From positions 20,026,001 to 20,090,000 of the forward strand of contig OZ365110.1 of NCBI GenBank assembly GCA_977030845.1: a DNA stretch of 64,000 nucleotides, read 5' to 3'. The notes beneath the pieces were generated by a model. It was not told where the DNA came from. It did not search any database and was given only the letters and a program-made list of their open reading frames with translations. The translations under genes and the position numbers were made by a program. This DNA is from Fimbriosthenelais zetlandica (taxonomy: Eukaryota). This document shows positions 41,341-53,062 of the stretch, one piece after another (the stretch's first letter is position 1; each line of letters begins with the position of its first letter).

Positions 41341-44300
41341 TCTTGGAGCGTAAGATTGGACCGTAGCCTGCAAGCTTTTAAGCTGCCGATTTGTGAGAGG
41401 CAATGGAAATAATGGCATTGTTCAGTAGCCCATAGTATTCTGCATATATGTATAACGGCAATATACTTTAAGTAAACTTTGTCCTGAAAACTTGCAGTGA
41501 CTTGGAAGACATGAATTATTTGAAGTAATAAATCATGACACGGACTTTAGCGTACATACATGCTCAATTCTAAGCTCTAGAGATTTTGAAGGGGGATATT
41601 CACTGTGGGCATGAGATCACACTAAAAACTTGATGGCATTTTGTTAAAAGAAAACATGGAAGAGGCCTTTATGGCGATTTTAAATAATTTATAAATTAAT
41701 GTAGTCAGGAATTTGTTGTGCCGGAAAATGATGGATCAATTTCCCTAAACGATGAGCGAGAGGGATACGCGTAGTCCTTTTATCTCATTGTGAAAATCAT
41801 TACCTTTTAAAGGGACACTTTAGCAGGGTTGACCCCCAACTGGCTACAGGGCCTTTCATCGAAACGAAGCACTTTACATATTTCTGATCTCCTGGGAACG
41901 GCCTAGAACCTCCGGGTGTCACTCTGAAAAAAGTCAACTACTGTAATCTGCTCTTACACTAATGCATCATAAAATAATCCTCCAATATCCAACGACACTT
42001 AGCTGGTATAGTGCTCATTGGGAAATGACACTTTACAAGCGTTCGCTTGGGCCTATAATGGTTACTGCGGAAATATATTGACACTTTTTAGGAGCATAGC
42101 ATTGATGGATTTCAAAGTAAAAAGGTTGGAGGAATTCATGCCAGTATGATATGGGAGACTGATTCCCTGTGAGGAACGGAAGCTAAAGTGCTCTAGCCTA
42201 GCCAAGTATCCAGGGGATTACTTTTTTTAAGTTTTCGTTACTAAGAGATGACTGTTTTCCGTTTAATTGCTAGGATAGAACTAACAGTACGTCGTATTTG
42301 TATGTCACTTATATATATCAGGCATTGACACTAATAGAAAAGGGACATGGATAACAAAGGTGGTGGCTTAAAACGGACTGTGTTGCCATGGAAATACTAA
42401 CACCTGTTTCATCTGAGTATAGACCCGTTATAACCTAACGCCATGCTGTATTTGAAGTATTGATGGTATTTCAGCGCTCAAAACCCTCTTTGTGTCTTGC
42501 GAGTCCAAGGATTCATCAGCTATACAATAAGAAAAATATCATTGTCTACTTCTAACCTGAAGCCTTTCATATTCATACTGCTGAGGTACAGACCGGGATT
42601 TCTTCGAGGATACCCCTTTTTCTGTGAAGAATCCACCTCATCACCTTTTTTGAGACAAAGAACAATGACAAAAGCACTTTTTTCCTTTCATGCCTCTACA
42701 CCATCCCCGGGGAATAATCCAACCCCAGCCACAGCTTGAGAACTGCTTATGGCGTGTGTTAAGGCATTATATGGGTGATGCCTTTATCTGAACATTATTG
42801 AGGCCATATCATTTACTCTGAGCTTGATACTCCAAGAACCGTAACTGAGTACCATAAACACTATGAAGGCTCTGAATACTTGACAATAGCTGTTCGCTTT
42901 CATGAATTCCCAGATGGGCCTAAATGTTATTCACTCGTTTATGGCATTGCCAACTTAATGCCTTAACCTCAGGCTGGTCTGATAAGTAATAGTCTAGAAG
43001 AACAGGGACAATCACCAAACCCTGAAGGCTAATTGAACCTCTATGAAGCTATGGAAGGGGGAAGAAGTCTCTTTTTAAGGTAAAATAGTCTCTGTTTTAG
43101 AGCAAATAGAGCTTTGTCGACGATATGGCATCCTTTGCTCGAGGTAATGAAGTAACACAAACTGCAAGACATGCATGCCTTGCAATATTTCATTGGAGGA
43201 CAAACCAGGTTAAATAATGTGGTTCGATTAAAGATTAAATCTATGTCCACCCACCGATATGATACAATATTTTAAGATTCATTTGATCATAATTGATAAG
43301 CACTGATACCCCTAGTTTTAATATTCCCATTATGCAGCAGCTTATGGGTTCTTTATACGGTAGATCAGAATGTGATTCATTCTGAAGGTGATTGCATTTT
43401 TTCTTTACATAATTATTTCTTCTGGTACCACAGGCTTGTCTAAATATAATGAGATACCAAGATGAAGCACAAGCTATGAAAATTGAAGTAGACAGTGAGA
43501 GACACAAGTAGATAGAATGAGAGATTTGCTTCAGGCATCAGGCAGCTTTTTCTATATCGTAGCAGGTGGTTTTGCCATCGTAAAATCCTTCTAGACATAG
43601 TGAAAAAGCTTCCTACTGGGCTTAATGAATGTCTTGGCACCTGGAGACAAGAGAGAACAAGATGATGTAAATTTAGAATGGAAGATAGTGGCTCATCTCT
43701 TCTATCCTTCCAATGTCCTGAAGACTTCGAACCAATCTAACGGACAGCTTTCATTTCTGATGTCTTTATCACACGTAATATCACAAACTTTTGTAGTCAG
43801 CTCAGTTTAGAATTCATAGCATGCTAATAAAGTCTGGTTTGATGCGCGTTTATACCTGGAAATCCCCCTTTTATGAGTGATGTGCTGGCTGCTCCAGACG
43901 GTCGTTTATCATTTTAGTTTTAATTGAATTTGTACCGGCATTTTAATTGGTCTCTGCACTTTGAGACCACACCTTAAAAACAGCCGGAAACAGATAATGA
44001 AAAACCATTGAAATATCACTTTCCATTCGGCAAAAATCAATACTGAGAGACCAGCCCATTCATTCATTCAACATGGTCATTTTGTCTGAAAATAAAATAA
44101 AAGAAATACAAGTAGTCCAATTATTGGGTTTTTCTAACATGTGGAGGCAATACCAAGTGAGGCAGTTAGAACTAGGATCTGAGTTTGACTGCATGCAAGT
44201 CAGGTTCTAGGATAGATAGGCGATTAAGTTTGCTCAGGCCAGAAGCTTTAGATGGGTGTATTGTAACAGATGACAGGTTAGCTATTTTGCCAATGAAAGC

Positions 44301-45096
44301 CTTTACTTTACTTTGCTTTGAAGTCAGGATTGATGTGCAAAATTCGTGTTCCATCGACTTAAATCCGCTGAGACCACAAGATCAATGAGATCCATGAATC
44401 ATTAAGAGGAGGATGACCGGGAAAAACGGGATTCCCTGGACAACTTTCATAGTTTGAAACTTGTCCTTTAAATTTTGACAATGGCAGATCCTGCCAAATA
44501 AAAAAGAAACACTGCTCGCAGTTGGGACTTAATAGGATGCTCTGTTGAGCCAGTAAAATACTGGCATTACTGAATACCTAATAACCCCAAATACGTTTAG
44601 TTCTGGGGTCATGCTTGCTAAGTCAGAAGGTGATCAATGGTTTCTGCCGCAGGCTAAAATTACTACACATCCATCACTTTGACTGGTTTGCGTGCAGCCA
44701 TATCAAAACTCCTATTATTTCAAAGCCAGGTATGCCAATGGATGCCCCTGCCAAATGGAAATAAAGAACCATAACAGCAGGGTTGGTTGGTTGTGTCACC
44801 TTGTGGGGGTTCCCCTGCCTAGCAACCAGCTTAGCTAGTGCCCCACACATCCAGGTGATGGCAGCACGGATCCGTGGTCTTTTGCAGTCATGCCTCATGG
44901 TAGAAATCTACCCATGCAGCTGGTGTTGCTACATACCATGCAATCTTGCTCCATTCCATGGCAGAACGTTCCTACCCTCCTAGAGGCGGCAGCACTGTTT
45001 GCAACTCCACTTGTCTTCCAAGTTGGTGCTGTAACTAACTAAAGGTGGCAGCAGTTCTCTCTTCAATAGTTGATTTCTCTTTGTGTTCTTTGTAAA

Positions 45097-45850
45097 GTGT
45101 GATCACAATTCACAAGAATTGCTGACCAATCTTTGTGCAGTATGACCACAATACACAAGCAGTCCCGACCAATTTATGTGCACTATGACCACAATGCACA
45201 AACAATCCCGACCAATTTTTGTGCAGTATGACCATAATACACAAGCAGTCCCGACCAATTTTTGTGCACTATGACCACAATGCACAAGCAGTCGTGACCA
45301 ATCTTTGTGCAGTATGACCACAATGCACAAGCAGTCGTGACCAATCTTTGTACAGTATGACCACATTGCACAAGCAGTCGTGACCAATCTTTGTGCAGTA
45401 TGACCACAATGCACAAGCAGTCGTGACCAATCTTTGTGCAGTATGACCACAATGCACAAGCAGTCGTGACCAATCTTTGTGCACTATGACCACAATGCAC
45501 AATCAGTCGTGACCAATCTTTGTGCAGTATGACCACAATGCACAAGCAGTCGTGACCAATCTTTGTGCAGTATGACCACAATGCACAAGCAGTCGTGACC
45601 AATCTTTGTACAGTATGACCACAATGCACAAGCAGTCGTGACCAATCTGTGTGCACTATGACCACAATGCACAAGCAGTCGTGACCAATCTTTGTGCAGT
45701 ATGACCACAATGCACAAGCAATCCCGACCAATCTTTGTGCAGTAGGTTACAACCCACAAGCAGTACAGGTCAATTTATGTGCAGTATGACGACAATGCAC
45801 ATGCAGTCCCGACCAATCTTTGTGTAGTATGATCACAATCCACAAGTAGC
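45097..45850. repeat. 43-bp minisatellite (VNTR), about 17 copies
   Basis: Consensus GCAGTATGACCACAATGCACAAGCAGTCGTGACCAATCTTTGT. The centre is homogeneous, the edges are degenerate, and one unit near 45740 is 42 bp. Confidence 0.97.
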
Positions 45851-46509
45851 TCTCCCAAAAATCTGGCCGAACCTTTCTCATCTCCATAGCTAGGGCCAAT
45901 GAAAAACAGCTGTCAGGTGGCTATAGATAATAGTGTAAATCGACACCCAATATATTCTTTGAGGAAGGTGCACAAGTTGAAGTCGGTAATTAGTCTGGTC
46001 CTCAAATCTATCAAGAGAAGACTGGACTAAAAGAGACCACATGTTTGTTTGAAGAAAATAAACGAGGGGGATACGGACGGAGAGATAGGTATGAGCTCAC
46101 CGCTGACACTTGTTTATGTTAGAGGAGATATTTTTCACCTGAGTTATCAATTGTGAAGACATTATGAAGTACATCAGTGTTATGTTGGTCGTTTTATGAT
46201 TGATGCTCAGATAGAGGAACTCCCTGAAACATGTGTACTCATGAATGGTCCTGATTTCATACAGGTGTTGATTTTCTGTAGATCACAATATTGCACTATA
46301 AATAATCTAGGAATGATCTTGAAATGTTAGTCAAGATTTTTAATGAATAGTTTTCTTGGCATCTGAAATGTTATCCAACTAATGTGATAATCCAAGCTCT
46401 TATGCTTCATTTAATATTAGAGTACAGCGAACTTGTACATACTGAGAAATCTGGTATACACTCTAAATTTGAATTTGTTTTTTAGCAAAAGATTGTATAA
46501 TGATTTCAA

Positions 46510-46850
46510 TTCTATTATTCAAGATTTGAAATCTGTCATTTTACCCGGATTCAATGTAATACCACACACCTTCTGACATTCCAACAACATTACATATTGT
46601 CATTTCTTCATCACAAATAATAAGAAAGAAATGAGTTCACTATAAATTCTAGACTAAGTTTTTATTTACCTTCCAGCAACTTCTGACTCCTGTTTGCAAT
46701 AATGCTCTCTTCAAATGTCATATATATCTCGTTACACTCCTTTTTCCGACCATGATCTAACTTCTACCATTTCAATGCGGCAACTACATCCTGTACTTAA
46801 ACTTGTACTCTTTTTGAACATCGTATTGTGCAAAATGGATATTTTGCCTA
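46510..46850 (+). mobile_element. Degenerate L1/Tx1-type endonuclease fragment
   Basis: SVILPGFNV (GDFN-like), EFTINSRLSFYLPSS (SRLD.F..S-like), TPFSDHDL (SDH) and FLNIVL (LN.SLL-like), in the expected order. Confidence 0.42.
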
Positions 46851-48126
46851 CTTTGTTTTTTTGAGAACTACAAGTGACCATTATTGTTGTTCCTTCCTCA
46901 ATTCCTCCTCTTCTTCCTTCTTTTCTTCTTCGATGTTTTCTCCCCTTTACATTTCTACATTAGTGATTATCTTGTTTTGGTCTCTTCCTCTACATCTCTT
47001 CTAGTCTTATAATGACAAACTATAGGCCACATTTGGATCCAGACCTTTCCTATGATGTAGTAGGTATTAGGAATAAATGGCCTGGATTGTTTTGCCAGTC
47101 ACGGAGGGTCTAGAACACATTATTATTTCCTGACACTGAAACAAAACACTCCCTCCCCTGGCCCTCCAAGCAACAACCCATGATTGCATTTATGGCTGCT
47201 TAGCATGCAAAGAGAACAATGAGAGCTGAGTTAATTGATTCCTACTGTCAGCCCTCCCGAGTTCATTGGGAAGAGCAGGACAAAAGATGGACATTTTAAT
47301 CAGTTACATACATGCAAAACTTCTATTACTGAGAATTATGTATCTGTTTATCTTGCCATTGACTCTTGTCTATTACGTAAGACTTTTAAGATGCCATTTC
47401 TTCTTACTCAACTGCATATTTTATAAATCAGAAAATGTGAGGAAAGGGGGATCCGAATAGAATTACAGTAGATAATATAAGAATTGATTATTTAGTTCTT
47501 AGCAAGATATAATATCCCGGAAGATATGCACACATGTTTGCTTGGAGCAGTACAGTATTGCTTGGGAAAATATTGAATTGGTTAGGTTATAAGTCTATAT
47601 GTCAGGGGAAACACTTTTCATACAAACTGTCGGTATATTTCCACCTCATGCATGTTTTATGGGAATAAGATGACATCATAACTTAACCTATAAGTAATCA
47701 TCCGTTACTGAGAGGTGGCATTTTCTGAATCTACTTCCCTAACCTTCATGGGGTGCCATACTGCTATATTCACTTCGGTTCCCTTTATATTATCCCCTCT
47801 CTCTACCCGTCCCACATTTACTGACCAAAACTCTAGTTCTTTTTCCCTCTCCTTTCCCATCATGACGTGGTAGATGGCTAAGTGTATGGATGTCCTGTTG
47901 CCCCAAGGGAAATGGGACTTAAGTGACCACCATTATTCCCATGATGGATATTGCATGCAGTCCCAGTGTTACCATTGTTCCGGTATTATGATTGCATGGA
48001 ACATTATGACATTGTTCAAAAGGATTTTTTTTGTGTAATTTAAGCAGATTATTAAAATCATTACTGCAGCCTTTGTCACAGTAGCATTTTCGACTTGCAC
48101 AGATTTCTTGATTTGTAAAATAATGA

Positions 48127-48202
48127 CTTAATGATATTTTCTTTTCTTTGTAGGTAAGTTTCAATGCGACGGAGATCGTTTAACGTAGGAGAGATGGTGA
48201 GG
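48127..48202 (+). promoter_or_regulatory. Putative recursive splice site 3 (junction at 48153/48154) with 43-nt cryptic RS-exon 48154-48196
   Basis: CTTAAT branch-like motif at 48127-48132, AG-free zone 48103-48151, ttttcttttctttgTAG|GTAAGT, and a downstream donor ATG|GTGAGG at 48197. Stops in all three frames. Confidence 0.75.
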
Positions 48203-49299
48203 CAATGCTTTCCCATATGAATATAGGTGTCAAGAAAATTATAAACACTAGCTGCAGCTGCAGTCACTACCATTACGATTCCATTATAAAAGCCACTAGT
48301 CCTATATACTGACATGAGGCTGAAACTGTAGAACCCAATGGTAACATATTGGGACAGCATATTTATTTTGTGGCATGTGCATCGCATACCTATATGGTCC
48401 ATGGTTGGAGTGTGTATAATAGATAAACATTCACATATTATTATCATATTTCTATTATGATCGATCGATCCATAGTTCCTGAGCTCAGTGAACTTCGCAT
48501 CCAGCACCTGCCATTAAACATTCCTTTATATTATACTCTGTGTCACTTTGTGTTCAGATTAGAGCTCCACAGGGAAGACTAATGGACGCCTTTTGATGCG
48601 CTGTCTTGCGTCCAGGTTGGCATAGAGTATCCTTGGTTCCTCTAATGAATTCAAGCTCATCCCCGCCTGGCTGGCCTGGATATGGGGATTGCCTTATCAT
48701 TGCTTACTGTGGGTGTTTACATGCTTGTAATTTCCCCCTTGCTTCCATTGAGGGCAGCTGAGCCGAGCCGGCTGGGGAGTCGGATACATACTGACCAATA
48801 TATCCCTACTTCGCTGGTATATAGGCTATACTCCCTATAAGAGGTTTGGGTTTATAAGACTAGCATGTGCAGATCCAGGAAGCCACGCCATGCCTGTCTG
48901 GATGGAGGACATGCAAAGAAAGGAGACAATGTATTGATGAGACAGAAGAGATTAGAGGGAACATGCTCAAAGGAGAATGCATGAGATTAGGAAGCCAGAC
49001 GAGTGATGGGTAGAAAGTTGTAAAAGTTTCGGGAATATGCTTCTATCATTGGAAACACCTAAAGGATCTGTTGATCCAACCGAGAGTCTTTATGACATGT
49101 CACCAATGCATGTTATTATCTATAACGAAATTTAATGTTGGTCTGGATACATAACTAAAATTGTTTCCTTTTTCACCCTGCTCAGGTCATTTCCACATGG
49201 GCGGGGGATATGAAAACCATACCGTCTGGGGTATTGATGAGCGGATCATTGCTGGGGCTTGGCCTCCAGAGGACCCATTGGAAGGTGAACATAGTGCCA

Positions 49300-49520
49300 T
49301 GGCAGTTAGAAGCATACAGAAAGCTACTTTTTGCCTCGCTGGCTATAGACTTGCCAGCCCATGTAGCCCAGGGATGCACTGAATGTCCTCTGTAATTCAG
49401 GATTCGGCGCTTTCAGTCTGCGCCCTTGTAGTCTGATGATACTATCAGAGCTTCGATGACATTCACCTGAGAGCCGGTGTATAATTTGCCATAGAATCAG
49501 TGTCCGGTTGATTCCAGGGC
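49300..49520 (-). mobile_element. Degenerate Ty3/gypsy aspartic protease fragment
   Basis: FYGKLYTGSQVNVIEALI...KRRILNYRGHSVHP resembles the retropepsin KLDTGAQVNVI....L..Y.G..I, with the catalytic D changed to Y at about 49480. Confidence 0.55.
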
Positions 49521-50599
49521 ATGATGAAATGAGCCCAGTTTTGAAAGGTGCCTTTGATTAAAGGGCCTTTCAGGGATAAATGAGAAGCCAGAAGGATCAT
49601 CCAAAAGGCAGTGCGTGGAAAAGGTCTTTGATCACCATTTCAATGTTTGAATAAGGGAGTTCTACTTGCTTCCAGAAGTGGTGGAAAATTGGATAATGTA
49701 ATTATAATATTTAGCAATCAGATTGTCTCTTCACGGGCTTTTGATACGAAAGACGTTGGTGACACACGTTGGTGACTGAATGTTTAATTCATATAAGTCC
49801 AAAATAATATACTAATATGGGCTTGAATTTAAAAATGTACTAATTGAACAAGGTAATATACATTTTCTCCCCTTTTCCATTACCCTCATAACTTGTATTA
49901 TGTATCGGATACGCATGTCAAACATAGCCTGATTTGTCGATTTACATGTTGCTTGCTTCACCAAACAAAAGCTATATTACCAAAGAGTCCATAGGCAATA
50001 GAGACCTGGGGACATGTTGAATGAGGCCTGAGGGACCATAAAACCACTAATGATATGACAGAGGTAAGAGGCTTACAAGCCCCTCCGGTCTAATTCACTC
50101 TAATCCCTCTGTTGCTGTCCCATGATGTTATCTATAGATTCGGAACGACTGTAAAACTCAGGGATTACTGACAGTTATGGCTGAAAATTCCAGCTGCCAG
50201 CCTCTCCAGTATGACTAATATTTTGGCAGGGATTAAATGGCGGATCACAAATGTAATAATCCAGATGGATTATGCTTAATTGAAAGCTTGGAACGCCTGC
50301 ATGATTGATCGCATGGGAATGTTCACTGGAACAAATCTGGAAATTAGTTGTGGGCCTGCCTATATTGGTGGATTTATAGTAACTGTGTGGAATCATAAAA
50401 TAAAATTTTGATATTCTATGGAACTGGCCTGATGCTAATTATTGCAAAATATAATATTAAAATAAATGCAAAACCTAATAAAAATGGGCTTGTGCAGTCA
50501 TTGCCTTAATATAGCACAGATCGAATGAAGACAAGAAGAGCAGGAATCTTCCATGGTAGCCTATTCAATACCAAGGCAGCGCTTTAAGGTCTGAACATA

Positions 50600-50960
50600 T
50601 ATCATATATAAGAGATTGACAAAAGCTCTTCACTTGATGCAGTAAGAATGGATCTGTTCTTTGATGGACTCCACTTCCTCCGGTTTATCTTTGAAGAGCC
50701 GCTCTCCCTGACACCAGCCATGACTTGTAGCCAGGCTGAGTTTACCCAGTACGCTACTTCAAATAGATACATTACCCTATTTAGTCTTCCACTTTGTCAG
50801 CCTACCCTGCTTTCTTGAATAACAGGAATGGATGAGCTACCATGGCTTATAGAATGTCACTTCATAACCAGTTATTGCTTCAATGTCCATACACTTTCAT
50901 ATACATATCCATTATACCCGACTCAAAGCTTTTCATCTTAGCCATTGAAGACTCGGTGTA
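50600..50960 (-). mobile_element. Possible RTE-like LINE 3' fragment
   Basis: YVYESVWTLK resembles LYG.ETWTL. Downstream similarity is weak. Confidence 0.28.
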
Positions 50961-51789
50961 GGAAATTGGCTCCAAGCTAAATGCTCATATAATGATTGTG
51001 TATGTTGATGAATAAGTGATATAACACTGGAAGGATGAAATGGTGTTAGATTTTATGGGACTTTTGTTAGTAAATTGCCCTATTCCCCTGAAGTACATCG
51101 TTGTGTACCTCATCAATTCCAAGGAGTATTTAGAATATATACAGCTTCATTTATTCTTAATATTACATGCCTTACTTCGCAAAAACGAATTGCAGTTAGA
51201 TATAGGAAATTCTATTATTGTTTTAACCAACCGTTCTATTTTTGTCTGCGGTGTTCCTTTATATCTTTAATAATGATTCTTTTACTCTTATCTACTCGTT
51301 CTGCTTCACGTTGCCTACAAGTTCAGTGATTTTCAATAGGGTAGAATTGAAGTCCGGAGCTCCGTGGCTGGCTGGCTGGCAGGTGGAGGGGGAATATAGG
51401 AGAAGGTGCAGGAGGAAGTGCAGCAGGGAGGAAAAAGTGAGGCCAGCTCCAGTCCCTCTCCCGCGTGCCTTGAGGGAAGAAGGGCACTAGTGTACAAATG
51501 ATGAGAACTGAATCTCTTCCCTGGCAAAAAGCAATTTTAACACAGTGGAGGACAGCGAAGACCTCGTTTATCTCATAAGGTAACTGTGGACATGATCCAG
51601 GAAGGATACCTGGTATGTACCAGAGGTAATTCAGAAAAAACACCAGCGGTTTATCCTCAAGGGAATGCAGGGCGATGGAAGTTTTTCCACTCAGTATGTT
51701 CCAGCTCAAGAAATACAGGAAAGTAATATGAAGTATGATTTTGATTCCTAGGCTCCTTCATTGATGTTGTCACATATCAGAATTGATGG

Positions 51790-52190
51790 ATCCACCCTTG
51801 GATATAATATGCTTTTGGGACCTATGGAGTTTTCACCAGAGTCCGTGCAAATAGTGTCTACGGGAACTTGAAGTGCATTTCATTCACAAGTGACGTGGAA
51901 ATTATTAGAAAGCCTGGAAGATCTGATAACAAGAAAGTTAATATTCCAGATGTCCTCTATCATTGTTCTGCCTTCTTGATCTTAAAATAGACATAGGGGC
52001 CTACTAATTACGGCATTTCACACGTGTCGTTCTATCGAATCTTTTTGTCCATAGAAGTAAGGACTTCAGAGGAAGCAATAGCTGGCTGTATGCATATAAG
52101 GTTGCCAAATCATTATGCCAATGCTTCCAGGTTATGACAGCTATCTACATCAAAGCCTGTCTGGGTGGGGAAAGAAGAGGGAAGCCATAG
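51790..52190 (+). mobile_element. Degenerate RTE-clade LINE 3' region
   Basis: FIHK*RGNY*KAWKI**QES*YSR (FH..CLRRI..W...TNEEVY.R-like), IAGCMHIRLPNH (AGH..RLP-like) and GGERRGKP (GKR.RGRP-like). Confidence 0.48.
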
Positions 52191-53045
52191 TCTCTTGTCA
52201 ATGGTCTTGCTCAGTCCCTCCCCTGTACCTAGCCTGATAAAGACCGCAAGCAAAGCACAGAAGAGGGCCTGCCTCAAGGAATATATCCACTATAGTGAGG
52301 AAAACCCACACAAAATATCTCTCAGATACACATAGGAGCACATCACAGGAGGAGCGGCAGGAAGACGGAGAGGTGTTGGAGGGAGGTGCAAAAAGAGGGA
52401 GGGTAAAAGTGAGAACACCTACACAGGTATGGTGTGTAATTCTTAGAGATGGAGGAGGGTGGTGCTGCTGCTTTCACCCTACACACATACAGGTAGGTAC
52501 CAGTGAGAGGTACTCTGCTGCTGACAGGTATCTATCCACCACCCTGGAGGAACTGTGATTATAAACCCTTGACTATCTGGATACCAATGTACTTATAGTC
52601 ATACCTGAACACCTGGAAGTCTGTAGTGTCCCTTGCCCCTCTGGGGCTTCCTACTCATTCTGCTCTCCAAAATACCAAGCAATGGAGCCGCATTTAAACT
52701 GGCTGAATCGATATTTTTCTTGGGTATATCACCTAAATGTATAGTATACATACAGGTAACTAGTACGTGGACACATTCATTGTGAAAGCAGTGTGTTGTC
52801 TTTGCTATAGGCAATATGGAAAGTTAAATCAGTCATGGGGATATATACAAATTTGTAGTATATCAGTTTCTTGCTGTGGTACATGAATAATGCCTTGAAT
52901 TTGAAACAACACATCAGCTTAGCATAGAAACGTGTATGTTTGAGGAACAGCTGGGCATGCTCATTTAGAACATCCTCGCATGCTGGGAATTCATTAAACA
53001 GATCTGTTTGTTTGTTCTGGAACATTCCTGGCTCTCTCTCCCTCT

Positions 53046-53062
53046 CCCCCCCCCCCCCCCCC
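53046..53062. repeat. Poly-C homopolymer (17 nt)
   Basis: Directly visible. Confidence 0.95.

Noticed and set aside
45103-45759. Cys/His-rich repetitive ORFs (77-182 aa)
   Set aside because: They are translations of the 43-bp minisatellite. The unit is not a multiple of 3, and the ORFs break at variant units.
45097-45850. CRISPR-like array
   Set aside because: The units are contiguous tandem copies with no unique spacers, there are no cas genes, and the context is eukaryotic.
48076-48507. 143-aa minus-strand ORF, the longest non-repeat ORF in the window
   Set aside because: No recognisable domain or splice structure. It overlaps recursive site 3 on the opposite strand, and its length is plausible by chance.
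49186-49284. Apparent 99-nt phase-1 + strand exon (HFHMGGGYENHTVWGIDERIIAGAWPPEDPLE)
   Set aside because: The acceptor is good but the donor (GTGAAC) is mediocre and the peptide is unrecognised. The segment abuts a gypsy protease remnant on the opposite strand, so it is probably transposon-derived. RNA-seq could rescue it.
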